From Planctomycetota bacterium (lineage in GTDB: Bacteria; Planctomycetota; B15-G4), in contig CBDFJQ010000002.1 of assembly GCA_965248575.1 (NCBI GenBank), positions 3,264,001 through 3,328,000 of the forward strand: DNA of 64,000 nt. Direction: 5' to 3'. The position numbers and the translations under genes were made by a program. The stretch's first letter is position 1, and every line of letters begins with the position of its first letter. Below are positions 1 to 9,732 of the stretch, piece by piece. The notes beneath the pieces are model-generated. The model ran no database searches, was not told the DNA's origin, and saw only the letters and a program-made list of their open reading frames with translations.

Positions 1-486
1 AGCCTTGGCTTCCGTGGAACGCATGGGCAACGGCCGGGACGTGTGAGCGACAGACTGACGTCGCTTCTCGCCCAGAGCGCGATTGCCGGCCAGGGCATAG
101 GCCTTGCCGATCTCATAGAAGAGGCGGGCAAGACTCTGGCGCTTCTCGTCCACCAGATTGCGACTGAGGGACGCGAGCAGCCCCGCAGGGTTCACGAGCC
201 CCGCCAGACGGCTGTCACTCTCGGACTCGACCTCTCCTTCGGTACCTCCTTCGGCACCGGAGTCGACAGCCGAATGGGCGTTCCGATTCATCTCGGAGAA
301 CTGGCGCAGGGTCGTCGTGTAGTCGTGGCAACCCGCGCAGCCACCCATGTGCTCCACCAACCGCTGAATCGGACTTTGAACCGAAGCTTCCTGCGATTCG
401 GCCCCCAACTCGCCGTCCACGTACGCGCTGAGATCCTCGACGTAGTCGGGGCAGGGTTGGGTGTGTGTGTTGATGGGAGCGTTCAT
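1..486 (-). CDS. Zinc-finger (ZAS, zf-HC2) anti-sigma factor, runs off window start
   Basis: Not in ORF track. Manual translation from ATG at 486: MNAPINTHTQPCPDYVEDLSAYVDGEL...LVEHMGGCAGCHDY, with C..LSAYVDGEL and HxxxCxxC. ATGA overlap with the sigma factor stop. Confidence 0.85.
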   Translation of the reverse strand, partial: MNAPINTHTQPCPDYVEDLSAYVDGELGAESQEASVQSPIQRLVEHMGGCAGCHDYTTTLRQFSEMNRNAHSAVDSGAEGGTEGEVESESDSRLAGLVNPAGLLASLSRNLVDEKRQSLARLFYEIGKAYALAGNRALGEKRRQSVAHTSRPLPMRSTEAKA

Positions 487-1403
487 GATTTTTGGGTCCC
501 CAAGACGCGGACCATGGACTGGAAAATCTTCTTCCGAGCGCGACACACGACCATCTTGAAGTTCTCCAGTCGAATGCCTAGCACTTCGGTTGCGTCGCGG
601 TAACCCATCCCCTGCACCTCCACAAGCTCCAGGGCCAGGCGGTCGCGGTCCTTCAACTCGTGCTCATAGGCATGCAGGTAAAGGGCCAGCATGAGGCCGT
701 AGACCCGGCGACAGCGGGCAGATGTCTCAGCATCCTCGGAGACCTGCGCGGGGGTTGCGGTGTTCTCATCCTCGAGAACATCCGCGAGCATCGCCGCAGG
801 AATGCCATCCCGGACCGAGTGCGAAAGGTGCCGATACACCGTGTTGCGAATGATGGAATAGGACCAATTGCGGAAGGCGTTCGGCTTCTCGGCGCGGAAG
901 CGGGTGGGGTAGCGGTAGATGGCCAGGAAGGCCTCTTGAAGGATGTCGTTGGGGTCGGCGCGGGAGCCGCTCATGCGCATGATGCGCGCCGCGATCATGG
1001 AGAACGGCCGCACGTTCAGTTCGAAGAGCAGGCTGTAGGCCTCGACGCTCTTCAGCTCCCGAAACGCATCCATGAGCGCGTTGTTGAGGGCCTGGACTTC
1101 GCAGCCGGTTCCCTTGAGGACGGCTGCGGCCAGGAGCGGATGGCGGGTGAGTTCGGCCACAGAACGCGCCCGTTCGAGGGTCGCCTCGCTGATGTACTCC
1201 GGCGCGGGCTTGGCACGCTTCTTGGGCTTGGGCTTGGCGGCCGCTGTTGTGGTTTGGGCGGCCGGGCTCGGAGCTGTCGAAGCGGCGGCCTGGCGGGCTT
1301 TCGAGCTGCTGGGGACCGAGGCCTTGGCCAGCTCGGCCGCCTCGCCACCGCTCGTTTCGCCAGGCTCGGACAAAAGCTTCGCCTTCCTGCGTGAGGGCTC
1401 CAC
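483..1403 (-). CDS. ECF (sigma-70 group 4) RNA polymerase sigma factor with Ala/Lys/Pro-rich N-terminal extension
   Basis: Region 2 DILQEAFLAIYR...FRNWSYSIIRN; region 4 LELVEVQGMGYRDATEVLGI...VVCRARKKI; coupled to anti-sigma gene. Confidence 0.9.
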   Translation of the reverse strand: MEPSRRKAKLLSEPGETSGGEAAELAKASVPSSSKARQAAASTAPSPAAQTTTAAAKPKPKKRAKPAPEYISEATLERARSVAELTRHPLLAAAVLKGTGCEVQALNNALMDAFRELKSVEAYSLLFELNVRPFSMIAARIMRMSGSRADPNDILQEAFLAIYRYPTRFRAEKPNAFRNWSYSIIRNTVYRHLSHSVRDGIPAAMLADVLEDENTATPAQVSEDAETSARCRRVYGLMLALYLHAYEHELKDRDRLALELVEVQGMGYRDATEVLGIRLENFKMVVCRARKKIFQSMVRVLGTQKS

Positions 1404-1556
1404 ACCGATTCCTGCGCCCCGGGGACTCCAGACCCGACCCGGACCATTCGGTGCCTCGTTTGGTCTGTATCCGGGACGTGACGCCGAGTCACATAAATGA
1501 CACCAGAAATCTCGTCAGAGTGAAATTCCTGGCTCTCTGACCCGGTTTGAAGCAGG

Positions 1557-3383
1557 TTGCTTGTCGTGCGCATCCTGCGACCGGCCCTGCTACTGACCTT
1601 CCTTGTGCTGGTCTTCTCGGCGATCGACCCCGTCTGGCGGATCGATCCTGATGCCGCAGCCTACCTGAGTCTTGGCAAAGCGGTGGCTCAAGGTGAGGGC
1701 TACGTGCTGGGCGGTGAACTGCACGGAAAGTACCCGCCAGGCTGGCCGCTGCTGTTGGCAGGATTGGCGAGACTTGCCGATATCGAGGCCTATGGCCTGT
1801 TCCATGCCGCCTTGGCGGGGGCCTGGCTCGTGGCGGTCCTGCTCGCCTACGCCCTCAGCAAGCGTCTCGGCCTGGAGCCGTGGCCGGCCCTGGCGGTTGC
1901 TGCTTGCGTGGCCCTGTCCCAGACCCTCTTCGAACTCTCCATCCGGTATCTCCGGACCGAACCCTTGTTCCTGGCTCTCAGCCTCGCCGCCTTGCTGTGC
2001 ATGCTGCGGGCCTTCGCGGACTCGCCCGACGCGACGTCGAAACGCCCATGGGGAACGGCCTTGCTAGCCGGTGCTCTGGTCGTGGCCTGCCTGTCCGTGC
2101 GCCTGGCGGGCGTCAGCCTCCTGGCCGTGCCCGCCGTGGCCTTGCTGCGCGGTGCCAGCGGACGTCCCAGCGCAGGCCGACGCACGGCGGCCCTGATCGT
2201 ACTCGCCCTGGGTGCTGCGGGTGTTCTGGGCTGGATGATGTGGGGCCAGCACCTCAGGGACTTGCAGCCAGGCGCTCCGGACTACAGCACGGAGTTCCTG
2301 GCGGCCGCTCCCCGGGACCTCACCAAGGTCGTTCAGACGGATGTACCGCAGCTCGACGCCGGGTCGCTCGGTCGACGCATCCTCGGCAACGTCGGCGTGT
2401 TCGCGCGGGCGAGCGCTGTCCTGCTGACCAACGTCGACAAGGCCGGGGCACGGGCACCCGTGGGCTTCGCCATGCTCGCGGTGGTTCTCTTGGGAGCCGT
2501 GGGACTGCTGCGCAAGTCGGCTGCCGAAACCCACACCCGCAGCCAGGCTGCGGCAACCCCGGGCGGGGCCGTGGACGACCGACGATTCCTTTGCTGCGTC
2601 TACCTCGCAGCAACCCTGGCCCTCTACCTGCTGTGGCCATTCGACCAGCAGGAACGCTTCTATGTTCCACTCCTGCCGCTGCTCCTGATCTGCGTCTTCG
2701 AGGGGGCCCAGTGGGTCGCGCGTCTGCTGGTGGTGTGTGCCCAGAGCCCTGCCCTACGCGTGCTGAGCCTGCTGTTGGGAGGGGCCGCGCTCGCGATCCT
2801 GGCCGCCCAGCGTTCGGACGACCCCAGCGTCCTGGGACGTTGGAGCAAGGCCTACACCCTGCTGCTTCTCGCAGGCGGCACGGGGCTCGTGGGCCTCGCC
2901 TGGTGGATGTTCCGGGGCCGGGATCTGCGCGCTCACCCAGCCCTCTGGCTGCTCGCACCGCTGCTCTTCGCCGTGCCCTTCGGTGCGCTTCGCTTCAGGG
3001 AGTGGCCCGCCCTCGTCCAACGTTTCCAGGAGCGACGGGAGGCCGAGCCTCGCTCGGGCCCGCTGGAGCGTATCGAGGTGCATCCGGTGCTTGAGCAGGT
3101 TGCGGACTACCTGGCCAGCACACCGACCGACACCGTGGTGATGACGGATGTGCCCAAGATGCTGGCATTCATCTCGAACCGGCGCTGCATCCCCTTCGTC
3201 TTCCAGGCTGAGCCCCCCGCGGTGCTTCTCGGTGAAGCCGATGTGCTCTTCTACACGCGGGAGTTGCCCGAAGCCGCCCGCGTTGTCGACGCCGTGTCCC
3301 AGGACTACGAGGCGGTCTTGGAACTGCCCGCCGTGGATGACGGCCAGCGCCTCGTGACGCCCGCGGTGCTGCGCCCCCGCTAG
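1557..3383 (+). CDS. Polytopic membrane glycosyltransferase, GT-C/ArnT(PMT)-like
   Basis: DPDAAAYLSLG, YPPGWPLLLA, RTEPLF, ERFYVPLLP motifs; many TM helices; start may be GTG at 1566. Confidence 0.7.
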   Translation: MLVVRILRPALLLTFLVLVFSAIDPVWRIDPDAAAYLSLGKAVAQGEGYVLGGELHGKYPPGWPLLLAGLARLADIEAYGLFHAALAGAWLVAVLLAYALSKRLGLEPWPALAVAACVALSQTLFELSIRYLRTEPLFLALSLAALLCMLRAFADSPDATSKRPWGTALLAGALVVACLSVRLAGVSLLAVPAVALLRGASGRPSAGRRTAALIVLALGAAGVLGWMMWGQHLRDLQPGAPDYSTEFLAAAPRDLTKVVQTDVPQLDAGSLGRRILGNVGVFARASAVLLTNVDKAGARAPVGFAMLAVVLLGAVGLLRKSAAETHTRSQAAATPGGAVDDRRFLCCVYLAATLALYLLWPFDQQERFYVPLLPLLLICVFEGAQWVARLLVVCAQSPALRVLSLLLGGAALAILAAQRSDDPSVLGRWSKAYTLLLLAGGTGLVGLAWWMFRGRDLRAHPALWLLAPLLFAVPFGALRFREWPALVQRFQERREAEPRSGPLERIEVHPVLEQVADYLASTPTDTVVMTDVPKMLAFISNRRCIPFVFQAEPPAVLLGEADVLFYTRELPEAARVVDAVSQDYEAVLELPAVDDGQRLVTPAVLRPR

Positions 3384-3403
3384 GCCCAAGGCGAACCTCA
3401 GCC

Positions 3404-3838
3404 TCAATCGTCCCCTGGGGGGCGCCCGCGCATGCGCTTGGTCTGGCTGCGCTGCTTCTTGCCCTCGAGTCGGCGGCGCTGGCTGCCCTTGGTGGGCTTG
3501 GTGGCTCGGCGTGCCTTCTCCACGTGGAGCGCCGTGCGCACCACCTCCGCGAGACGTCGACAGGCTTCATGCCGGTTGTCCAACTGGCTGCGTGAACCAT
3601 CGGCATGCACCACGAGCTCCCCGAGCTTGGTGAGCCGCGGCGCCAGCTTGCGCAACAGCCGCGCGCGCCAGGTGTCGTTGAGCACCGTGCTTTCGGCCAC
3701 GTTCCAGCGCACGCTCACGCGCGTCGAGAGCTTGTTGACGTTCTGCCCACCGGGCCCGCCGGAGCGGCTCACGCTCAACGACAGCTCCGAAGCCGGGATC
3801 AACAACCCGGGCCGCACTTGGAGATCCTCGCCCTCCAT
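3404..3838 (-). CDS. arfB: Alternative ribosome rescue peptidyl-tRNA hydrolase ArfB
   Basis: RSGGPGGQNVNK (GGQ), RSQLDN, basic tail RRATKPTKGSQRRRLEGKK. Confidence 0.95.
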   Translation of the reverse strand: MEGEDLQVRPGLLIPASELSLSVSRSGGPGGQNVNKLSTRVSVRWNVAESTVLNDTWRARLLRKLAPRLTKLGELVVHADGSRSQLDNRHEACRRLAEVVRTALHVEKARRATKPTKGSQRRRLEGKKQRSQTKRMRGRPPGDD

Positions 3839-3892
3839 TCTTCAGCCTTCCATGGCTCGATGACTCGTCATGCTTCCGCGGCAGGCCATGGC

Positions 3893-5575
3893 TCAGCGAC
3901 CGGCCGCTGGCTCCGCGTCACCGTCCGGGGCAGCCTGGCTGCGTAACTCACCGCGCCCAGCGGGTTCCATGCTCTGCACAACGTTCTGGTCAAAGAGGCC
4001 GCCCAACGGAAGTTCGAGGATCAGCTCCCCGTACTGCTGGAACAGGTTCATGGAGGCCTCGTTGTACTGCACGGAGAAGAAGGGGCCGCCCTCAGGAGCA
4101 CCGGCGATGACGGCGTCAGCCACCTGGTCCGCGAGTTGCGCCAGGCCGGCGTCCGTGCACTCGCCCAGCGTCAGGAAGAACGTGTCGTCGGCCTGCCAGT
4201 AACGGCCGCTGGGGACGAGGCCGGAGTCGTGGGCTTCGACATCCCAGAGTTCTGGAGCGGAGTCGAGGCTGTCCAGTTTGAGGGTGCGCGCGAACAACTG
4301 GAGCACTTCGGCGGCCCCATCGATGTCCAGCTCCCGATCGGGCTGCACCGCGAAGGCGAGGGCGCCGGCACCCTCTTCCAAACCCACCACCACCGTGCCT
4401 TCGCAGGGCGTGAACAACTCCGCGATGCGAGCCATGAGACGCTCGGCGGGCTCTCCTTCACCCATGGTCAACTCCACGAGCGGGCGTGCCCATTCGGAGA
4501 CGGCGCTGGGGAAGAGCTGGGGGTCGAAGGCGAACACCGTGGCCTCGCGTCGGGCGCGCGCCGGGCGCGTCGCCGTGAGCACACGCGAGAGCGCGCTGCC
4601 ATCGGCCCACGCCGTGCGCAGTTCCATGTTCGAAGCGTCGGCCCAGCCCTCGTCGTCGAAACCCGGACCCGCAGCAGACTCGCCGTCGCCCACCGCACTC
4701 AGCGCGGACATCAGGCGCTCACCGCCTTGGGGAATGTCCAACATCAATTGGAAGCCCTCAACGTCCTTCAGCGACAGCATCTCGAGCAGGCTCCAGATGG
4801 CGGGGCCGGGGATGGGCAAGCCGCCGACCTGTCCCGAGTCTCCGTCGTTGGCCATGGCGGCCAACATCGCGCCCATGCCTGCCATCTGGACACCCAGGAG
4901 CATGCTTCGCGCCTGGTTCACGGCCCCTTCGATCTCTTCCTTGTAGGCGAGCTGGATCCGGGAGGCGTGCACGCTCAGGACCATTGGCGCCTTGTCCTGA
5001 CCCAGGCCTGGCACCTCTCCCAAGACCTGCTTGGCCACCACACCGGCCTCATAGGACGGGGCCAAGATGGCGTAGCCCTGGTCGATCACCAGACCCGTCT
5101 CCCACTCTGCGGGGACGGGTTCCGAAGCTGCCGCCAGCATCTCACCCACCGACGGGGGTCCAGAGATACCCCGCCGGGCAATGTTCAGCACCTGCAGGAA
5201 GGGATGGCTCGAGGGGAGGCTGAACCCCCAACGATCCTCGCCTACCTCCCGCACCGCCGCACTGTTGGTGAGCGAGTCGCGGAAAGCCTGCTCGTCGACC
5301 AACGGCAAGAGCAGGGTGAACTCGTGGCCGAACACGAGCTTGTCGAGGATCAGGATCGTGAGAGATGCCTCCTCCGAGAGCCCGGCCGGTCGCCAGGACA
5401 CCGTGCTCTCGAAGGCCTGCGCCACGGACTCGGCCGGCGCGGAGACGGCCAGGTACGCCAGGACTCCGGGCGCCTTCACATGCAATGGCCAGGATTCGCC
5501 TGTCGCTTCCGGCTCGGAAGAACCGCAGGCGAAGCAGGACGCGAAGAGGCCTGTGAGTAGGATGAGCGTTCTCAT
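3893..5575 (-). CDS. Hypothetical lipoprotein
   Basis: Long ORF; signal peptide MRTLILLTGLFASCFAC with lipobox-like Cys; start placed at ATG 5575 to avoid overlap with queG. Confidence 0.65.
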   Translation of the reverse strand: MRTLILLTGLFASCFACGSSEPEATGESWPLHVKAPGVLAYLAVSAPAESVAQAFESTVSWRPAGLSEEASLTILILDKLVFGHEFTLLLPLVDEQAFRDSLTNSAAVREVGEDRWGFSLPSSHPFLQVLNIARRGISGPPSVGEMLAAASEPVPAEWETGLVIDQGYAILAPSYEAGVVAKQVLGEVPGLGQDKAPMVLSVHASRIQLAYKEEIEGAVNQARSMLLGVQMAGMGAMLAAMANDGDSGQVGGLPIPGPAIWSLLEMLSLKDVEGFQLMLDIPQGGERLMSALSAVGDGESAAGPGFDDEGWADASNMELRTAWADGSALSRVLTATRPARARREATVFAFDPQLFPSAVSEWARPLVELTMGEGEPAERLMARIAELFTPCEGTVVVGLEEGAGALAFAVQPDRELDIDGAAEVLQLFARTLKLDSLDSAPELWDVEAHDSGLVPSGRYWQADDTFFLTLGECTDAGLAQLADQVADAVIAGAPEGGPFFSVQYNEASMNLFQQYGELILELPLGGLFDQNVVQSMEPAGRGELRSQAAPDGDAEPAAGR

Positions 5576-5626
5576 GCATCGCATCGTAGCCCCTTCCGCT
5601 CGTCGTTCCCTTCGTGAACGTATGTC

Positions 5627-6580
5627 ATGCCTGCGTTGAATCGCGAGGCACGAGAGTCCCTTCGACGGCTCTTCTTGGCCGAGGGATTCGCTCACGTGGG
5701 CTTCAGCAGCGCTGAGCCCGTCCCTGACCATGTCAGCCCATGGGTCGCCGCCGGGCGGCACGGGGCCCTCGAATGGATGGCCCGGGAGCCCGGGCAGCGG
5801 ACCGACCCGGGACAACTACTGCCCGGCGCGCGGAGCGTAATCTGCGTCGCCGCGAACTATCCCGCCACCGACGCCCGGGAGTCCATCGCGGGCTTCGCCC
5901 AGGGAGAGGACTACCACCGAACCCTGACAGCGGCCCTGAAGCGCGCCGCAGCGGCACTCCAGCAGCAGCACCCCGAGGCGCGCACCAAGGTTTGCGTCGA
6001 CACCTCCCCGCTGCTCGAACGCGCCTTCGCCGCTCGGGCGGGCCTGGGCTGGGTCGGGCGCAACACCATGCTGCTCAACGAGCGCCATGGGCCCTGGATG
6101 CTCTTGGGCGAAGTCCTGACAAGCCTGGAGATCGAAGCCGACGCCCCCGCCGTGGATCGCTGCGGCACGTGCACGGCCTGCGTCGACGCCTGTCCCACCG
6201 AAGCACTGCTGCCCGACCGCATCCTCGACACCCAGAAGTGCCTGTCCTATTGGACGATCGAGCATCGTGGGCCGCTCCCGGCCCCGCGGGCCGAGCAGCT
6301 CGGGCACCGTGCCTTCGGCTGTGACGACTGCCTGTCAGCCTGCCCCTTCCCGGCCAGCGCCGCCTCGACTCCCCATGCCGCCAGCCCGGGTGCCGGGGAC
6401 AGCCCAGGCCCCTTCCAGCCCCGCCCCGACCTGCACGGGATCCGCCTCGATGAGCTGGTGAGCCGCTCCGAGCAGTCGTTCAAGCGGCACTTTGGAAGCA
6501 CGCCTCTGGAGCGAGCCCGGAAAGGTGGCCTGCTGCGCAACATTGCAGCCTGTCGAGCGGTGCAGGCGAAGGACCTGTAG
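5627..6580 (+). CDS. queG: Epoxyqueuosine reductase QueG
   Basis: DYH, CVDTSPLLER, GLGWVGRN, CGTCTACVDACPT, CLSYWTIE, FGCDDCLSACP. Confidence 0.92.
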   Translation: MPALNREARESLRRLFLAEGFAHVGFSSAEPVPDHVSPWVAAGRHGALEWMAREPGQRTDPGQLLPGARSVICVAANYPATDARESIAGFAQGEDYHRTLTAALKRAAAALQQQHPEARTKVCVDTSPLLERAFAARAGLGWVGRNTMLLNERHGPWMLLGEVLTSLEIEADAPAVDRCGTCTACVDACPTEALLPDRILDTQKCLSYWTIEHRGPLPAPRAEQLGHRAFGCDDCLSACPFPASAASTPHAASPGAGDSPGPFQPRPDLHGIRLDELVSRSEQSFKRHFGSTPLERARKGGLLRNIAACRAVQAKDL

Positions 6581-6625
6581 AATGCCCGGCCCTCCGTTCC
6601 CCTTGAACCACAACGCTACGCCCCG

Positions 6626-7450
6626 ATGAAGATCTTCGAACCGCACATCCACATGTACTCCCGCAACACCCGCGACTACGCCGAGATGGCGACGGCGGGC
6701 ATCCGCTCCCTGATCGAGCCCGGTGGATTCTGGCTGGGTCGTGCTCGCAAGCACCCCGAGACCTGCATCGAGTACTTCGACCACCTGTTGGAGTTCGAGC
6801 ACACGCGGGCCACCAAGGCGGGCATCAACTACCACTGCACCTTCGCGCTCAACCCGAAGGAGGCCCACACGCCCGCCATTCGCGAGCGGGTCATGGCGGA
6901 GTTGCCCAAGTACTTGGAGCACCCACTCTGCTGCGCCCTCGGTGAGGTGGGCTACGACGTCATCGACAAGATCGAGGAGGAGGTCATCCTCGAGCAGCTC
7001 GAGCTCGCCAAGAAGATGAAGCTGCCGGTGCTCGTGCACACGCCTCACGTGGACAAGCTGGAAGGCACCAAGCGCTTGATCGACAACTGCCGCGACGTGG
7101 GCATGGATCTCGACATGGTGGAGATCGACCACTGCACCGAGGAGGTCATCGGCGCCGTCGTGGAGTCCGGCTACTGGGCGGGCTTCACCATCTACCCCGT
7201 CACCAAGCTGTCGCCCGAGCGCGCCGTGAGCATCTTCAAGCAGTACGGCACGGACCGCATGCTTGTGAACAGCTCTGCGGACTGGGGCCCTTCCGACCCG
7301 CTTTCGGTTCCGAAGCTGGCTTCGTTGATGCAGCAGTCGGGCTTCGCCGAGGACGTCGTGCAGCGTCTGGTCTGGGACAACCCGGTGCGTTTCTTCGGCC
7401 AGGGCGGCAAGCTCACCGAGAAGCCCATCTTCGAGGAGGCAGTCGCCTGA
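6626..7450 (+). CDS. TatD-family metal-dependent hydrolase (EboB-like)
   Basis: PHIHMYSR..DY, LNPKEA, GEVGYD, VHTPH, IDHC, SSADWGPSDPL. Confidence 0.85.
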   Translation: MKIFEPHIHMYSRNTRDYAEMATAGIRSLIEPGGFWLGRARKHPETCIEYFDHLLEFEHTRATKAGINYHCTFALNPKEAHTPAIRERVMAELPKYLEHPLCCALGEVGYDVIDKIEEEVILEQLELAKKMKLPVLVHTPHVDKLEGTKRLIDNCRDVGMDLDMVEIDHCTEEVIGAVVESGYWAGFTIYPVTKLSPERAVSIFKQYGTDRMLVNSSADWGPSDPLSVPKLASLMQQSGFAEDVVQRLVWDNPVRFFGQGGKLTEKPIFEEAVA

Positions 7451-7464
7451 ACCGGAACCGGCAG

Positions 7465-8238
7465 ATGAACGCCGTGCGGACCTGGTCTTGCGCTGCACTG
7501 GTCGGCTTCCTGGGACTGCTCGCCCCGTCCTGTGCTGCGGACGAGGAAGGCAGCTCAACGCGAGAGGTCGTTCAGCAGGAAACGACCGGGCCGGTCGGCG
7601 AAGGGGATCCCGTGGCGGCAGCGGACATCGCTCCGGAGCCCGAGCAGGGGCCCGAGCCGAGCAGCCCGCTTCCGGCCCTGGACTCCCTCCCTTGGCCCGC
7701 GGACTGTGCCCCCGTCCACAAGGCCATGTTCGCGGGCGGCTGGGACGTGAAGGCGCCGCTTGGGTTCGAGCGTGCGCTCTTCGACGAGGCGGCCATGCTG
7801 GCGATCCCCGAGAACCGTCACGTAGGGCGACGGCCATGGCGCGGTGTCACGTCCGAGGGCGACATCATGCTCATCGACCCGCAAATCAAGGGCCGGGCCG
7901 GCCCGGCCATGGCGTACGTCTGGTGGTTGCTGACCTGGAACGAGATCGTCGGCATCCCGCAGGAAGACCTTCCCGCAGTCCTCCATCTGCGTCACCAAGG
8001 GCGCATCAAGCTCTGGATGGACGGCGAGCTCCTCTTCGATGAGGAACCCAACGCAGACGGCTCGTGGAAGACCCAACGGCGTGCCGTCAAGTTGTCTGGC
8101 CCCGACGATGCGTTCCTCGTGAAGTGCGGTCTCGGAAGCCCTGAACTCGGGCCTTCGGCCAACTTCGAACTGCGGGTCAGCACCCTCGAAGGCACGCCCC
8201 ACCCAGGGCTGATCTGGCAAACCGTCCGGGTCTGGTAA
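7465..8238 (+). CDS. Hypothetical lipoprotein
   Basis: Signal peptide ending LLAPSC; co-oriented with TatD gene. Confidence 0.6.
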   Translation: MNAVRTWSCAALVGFLGLLAPSCAADEEGSSTREVVQQETTGPVGEGDPVAAADIAPEPEQGPEPSSPLPALDSLPWPADCAPVHKAMFAGGWDVKAPLGFERALFDEAAMLAIPENRHVGRRPWRGVTSEGDIMLIDPQIKGRAGPAMAYVWWLLTWNEIVGIPQEDLPAVLHLRHQGRIKLWMDGELLFDEEPNADGSWKTQRRAVKLSGPDDAFLVKCGLGSPELGPSANFELRVSTLEGTPHPGLIWQTVRVW

Positions 8239-8270
8239 GAGCCGCCGCCCCAAGGACAGCGGGCCCCGGT

Positions 8271-9194
8271 TCAGGCTTCCAGAGGGCTCAGCTCTCCGCC
8301 CTGCGCAAGCAGCAAGCGATTGCGACCGATCTCCTTGGCACGGTAGAGGGCTGCATCTGCCCTCGCCACGAAGGACTCCGGGGTGTCGCCCTCTTCCAGC
8401 TCGGCGACGCCGCCGGAGATGGTGATGCTGAGCTGCGCACCATCGTCCAGCACCGGCACGGGAGTGCCGCCCAACTGGAATCGGAAGCGCTCCACGATGC
8501 TGGCGGCCTCGTGGATTTCCGTTTCGGGAAACAACACCAGGAATTCCTCGCCGCCCCAGCGGATGACACAGTCGGAGTCGCGCGAGACAGCACTCAAACG
8601 GGCGGCCACCTCGACAAGCACCTCATCGCCAGCCTGGTGCCCGTGCGTGTCGTTCACCTTCTTGAAGTAGTCGATGTCCAGCAGGCTCACGGCCAGAGCG
8701 CGGTCGTAGCGACGCGAGCGTGACATCTCATCTTCGAGACGTTGCGTGCCGTAACGCCGGTTGAACAGCTGCGTGAGTTCGTCCGTGCGGGATGCGCGGT
8801 CGAGCTGCTCTTGGAGCATGCCCGTCCGTGCGTGACTGCGGACGCGGGCCAGGAATTCGCGGTGGTCACCATCCTTGGCCACGTAGTCGTTGGCGCCAGC
8901 GCTCAGGCTGTTGACGACGTCGTCGCGATTCGTGCTGCCCGTGAGCATGAGCACGGGCAAGAGACCGTTGTGAGGCATCAGTCGCAGTCTGGAGACGAAC
9001 TCCAAGCCGTCGATGCCGGGCATCATGAGGTCGGAGATCACCAGATGCACCCCGTGCTCAGGAGCCAGCCGGTCCAGAGCGGACTGTGCATCGCTGTGCG
9101 ACTCCACCTCGAAGCCTGCCTTGCGCAGAATGGCCTCGTTGGCGAAGCGGATCTGCCGTTGATCATCGACGAGGAGAATGCGAGCCGGTGTCAT
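8271..9194 (-). CDS. Response regulator-diguanylate cyclase (REC-GGDEF)
   Basis: ILLVDD, SDLMMPGIDG, GANDYVAK; DELTQLFNRR, DIDYFKKVNDTHGH, RDSD I-site, RWGGEEF; start MTPARILL. Confidence 0.93.
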   Translation of the reverse strand: MTPARILLVDDQRQIRFANEAILRKAGFEVESHSDAQSALDRLAPEHGVHLVISDLMMPGIDGLEFVSRLRLMPHNGLLPVLMLTGSTNRDDVVNSLSAGANDYVAKDGDHREFLARVRSHARTGMLQEQLDRASRTDELTQLFNRRYGTQRLEDEMSRSRRYDRALAVSLLDIDYFKKVNDTHGHQAGDEVLVEVAARLSAVSRDSDCVIRWGGEEFLVLFPETEIHEAASIVERFRFQLGGTPVPVLDDGAQLSITISGGVAELEEGDTPESFVARADAALYRAKEIGRNRLLLAQGGELSPLEA

Positions 9195-9541
9195 GTCGGG
9201 GAGGGCGTCTCGCTGGACGCATGGGAAGAGGGGTTCTCCAGGACGCGTTCGACGACATCGGCAATCGAGGTGCCGAGCGTCACGACTTCCAGAGCAAAGG
9301 CGCGGACCTCGCTGCAGGATGCCGGTGTTCGTTGCATGCAGACTCGTGCCGAGGCACGCGTCGCACTGCGCGAGGGAGACCCTTTCCGGAAGGCCTCCCC
9401 AGGCAGCGTTCCAAATGGCTGAGCATTCATCGCCCGCTGCTGAGCAATACTGAAGCTGGCCATCGCCAGTCTGCCGCGGGTGAACGCGCCGGCTGACGGA
9501 GCGCCCACGAGCTGTCGATTCTGGGGAGAAGAGAGAAACAT
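9191..9541 (-). CDS. Small hypothetical protein
   Basis: ATGA overlap with the REC-GGDEF start; GGGAG before ATG; promoter-like motif upstream; no recognisable domain. Confidence 0.45.
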   Translation of the reverse strand: MFLSSPQNRQLVGAPSAGAFTRGRLAMASFSIAQQRAMNAQPFGTLPGEAFRKGSPSRSATRASARVCMQRTPASCSEVRAFALEVVTLGTSIADVVERVLENPSSHASSETPSPT

Positions 9542-9550
9542 GCTCCCTGC

Positions 9551-9579
9551 TCATCGACACCCAGCTGGACCCCCCTTGA
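9551..9579 (-). promoter_or_regulatory. Putative alternative-sigma promoter TCAAG-N16-GTCGATGA
   Basis: Same spacing recurs at 17056-17084, 45465-45493 and 61050-61078. Confidence 0.5.
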
Positions 9580-9732
9580 GACTCAACGGAAGGCCGTTCC
9601 GAGGCGTTTCACCAGTGAGCGCACAGCCGTTCCGGAGAATTGGCCTGAGGCGGGAGAGGGCTCACCTGAAGGCGATCCGGAACGCAAATCCGCTGCTCCC
9701 GTGACCCGGAACAAGTTTTTGCTACGAGCCGG

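Noticed and set aside
1477..1493. CRP/FNR-type site TGTGA..TCACG
   Set aside because: Spacer is 7 nt rather than 6; kept only as an unassigned palindrome
9600..9720. GGGAGAG...CTGAAGG resembling a glycine riboswitch
   Set aside because: Lacks the CTCTCAGG element and tandem aptamer; orientation is opposite to the flanking genes
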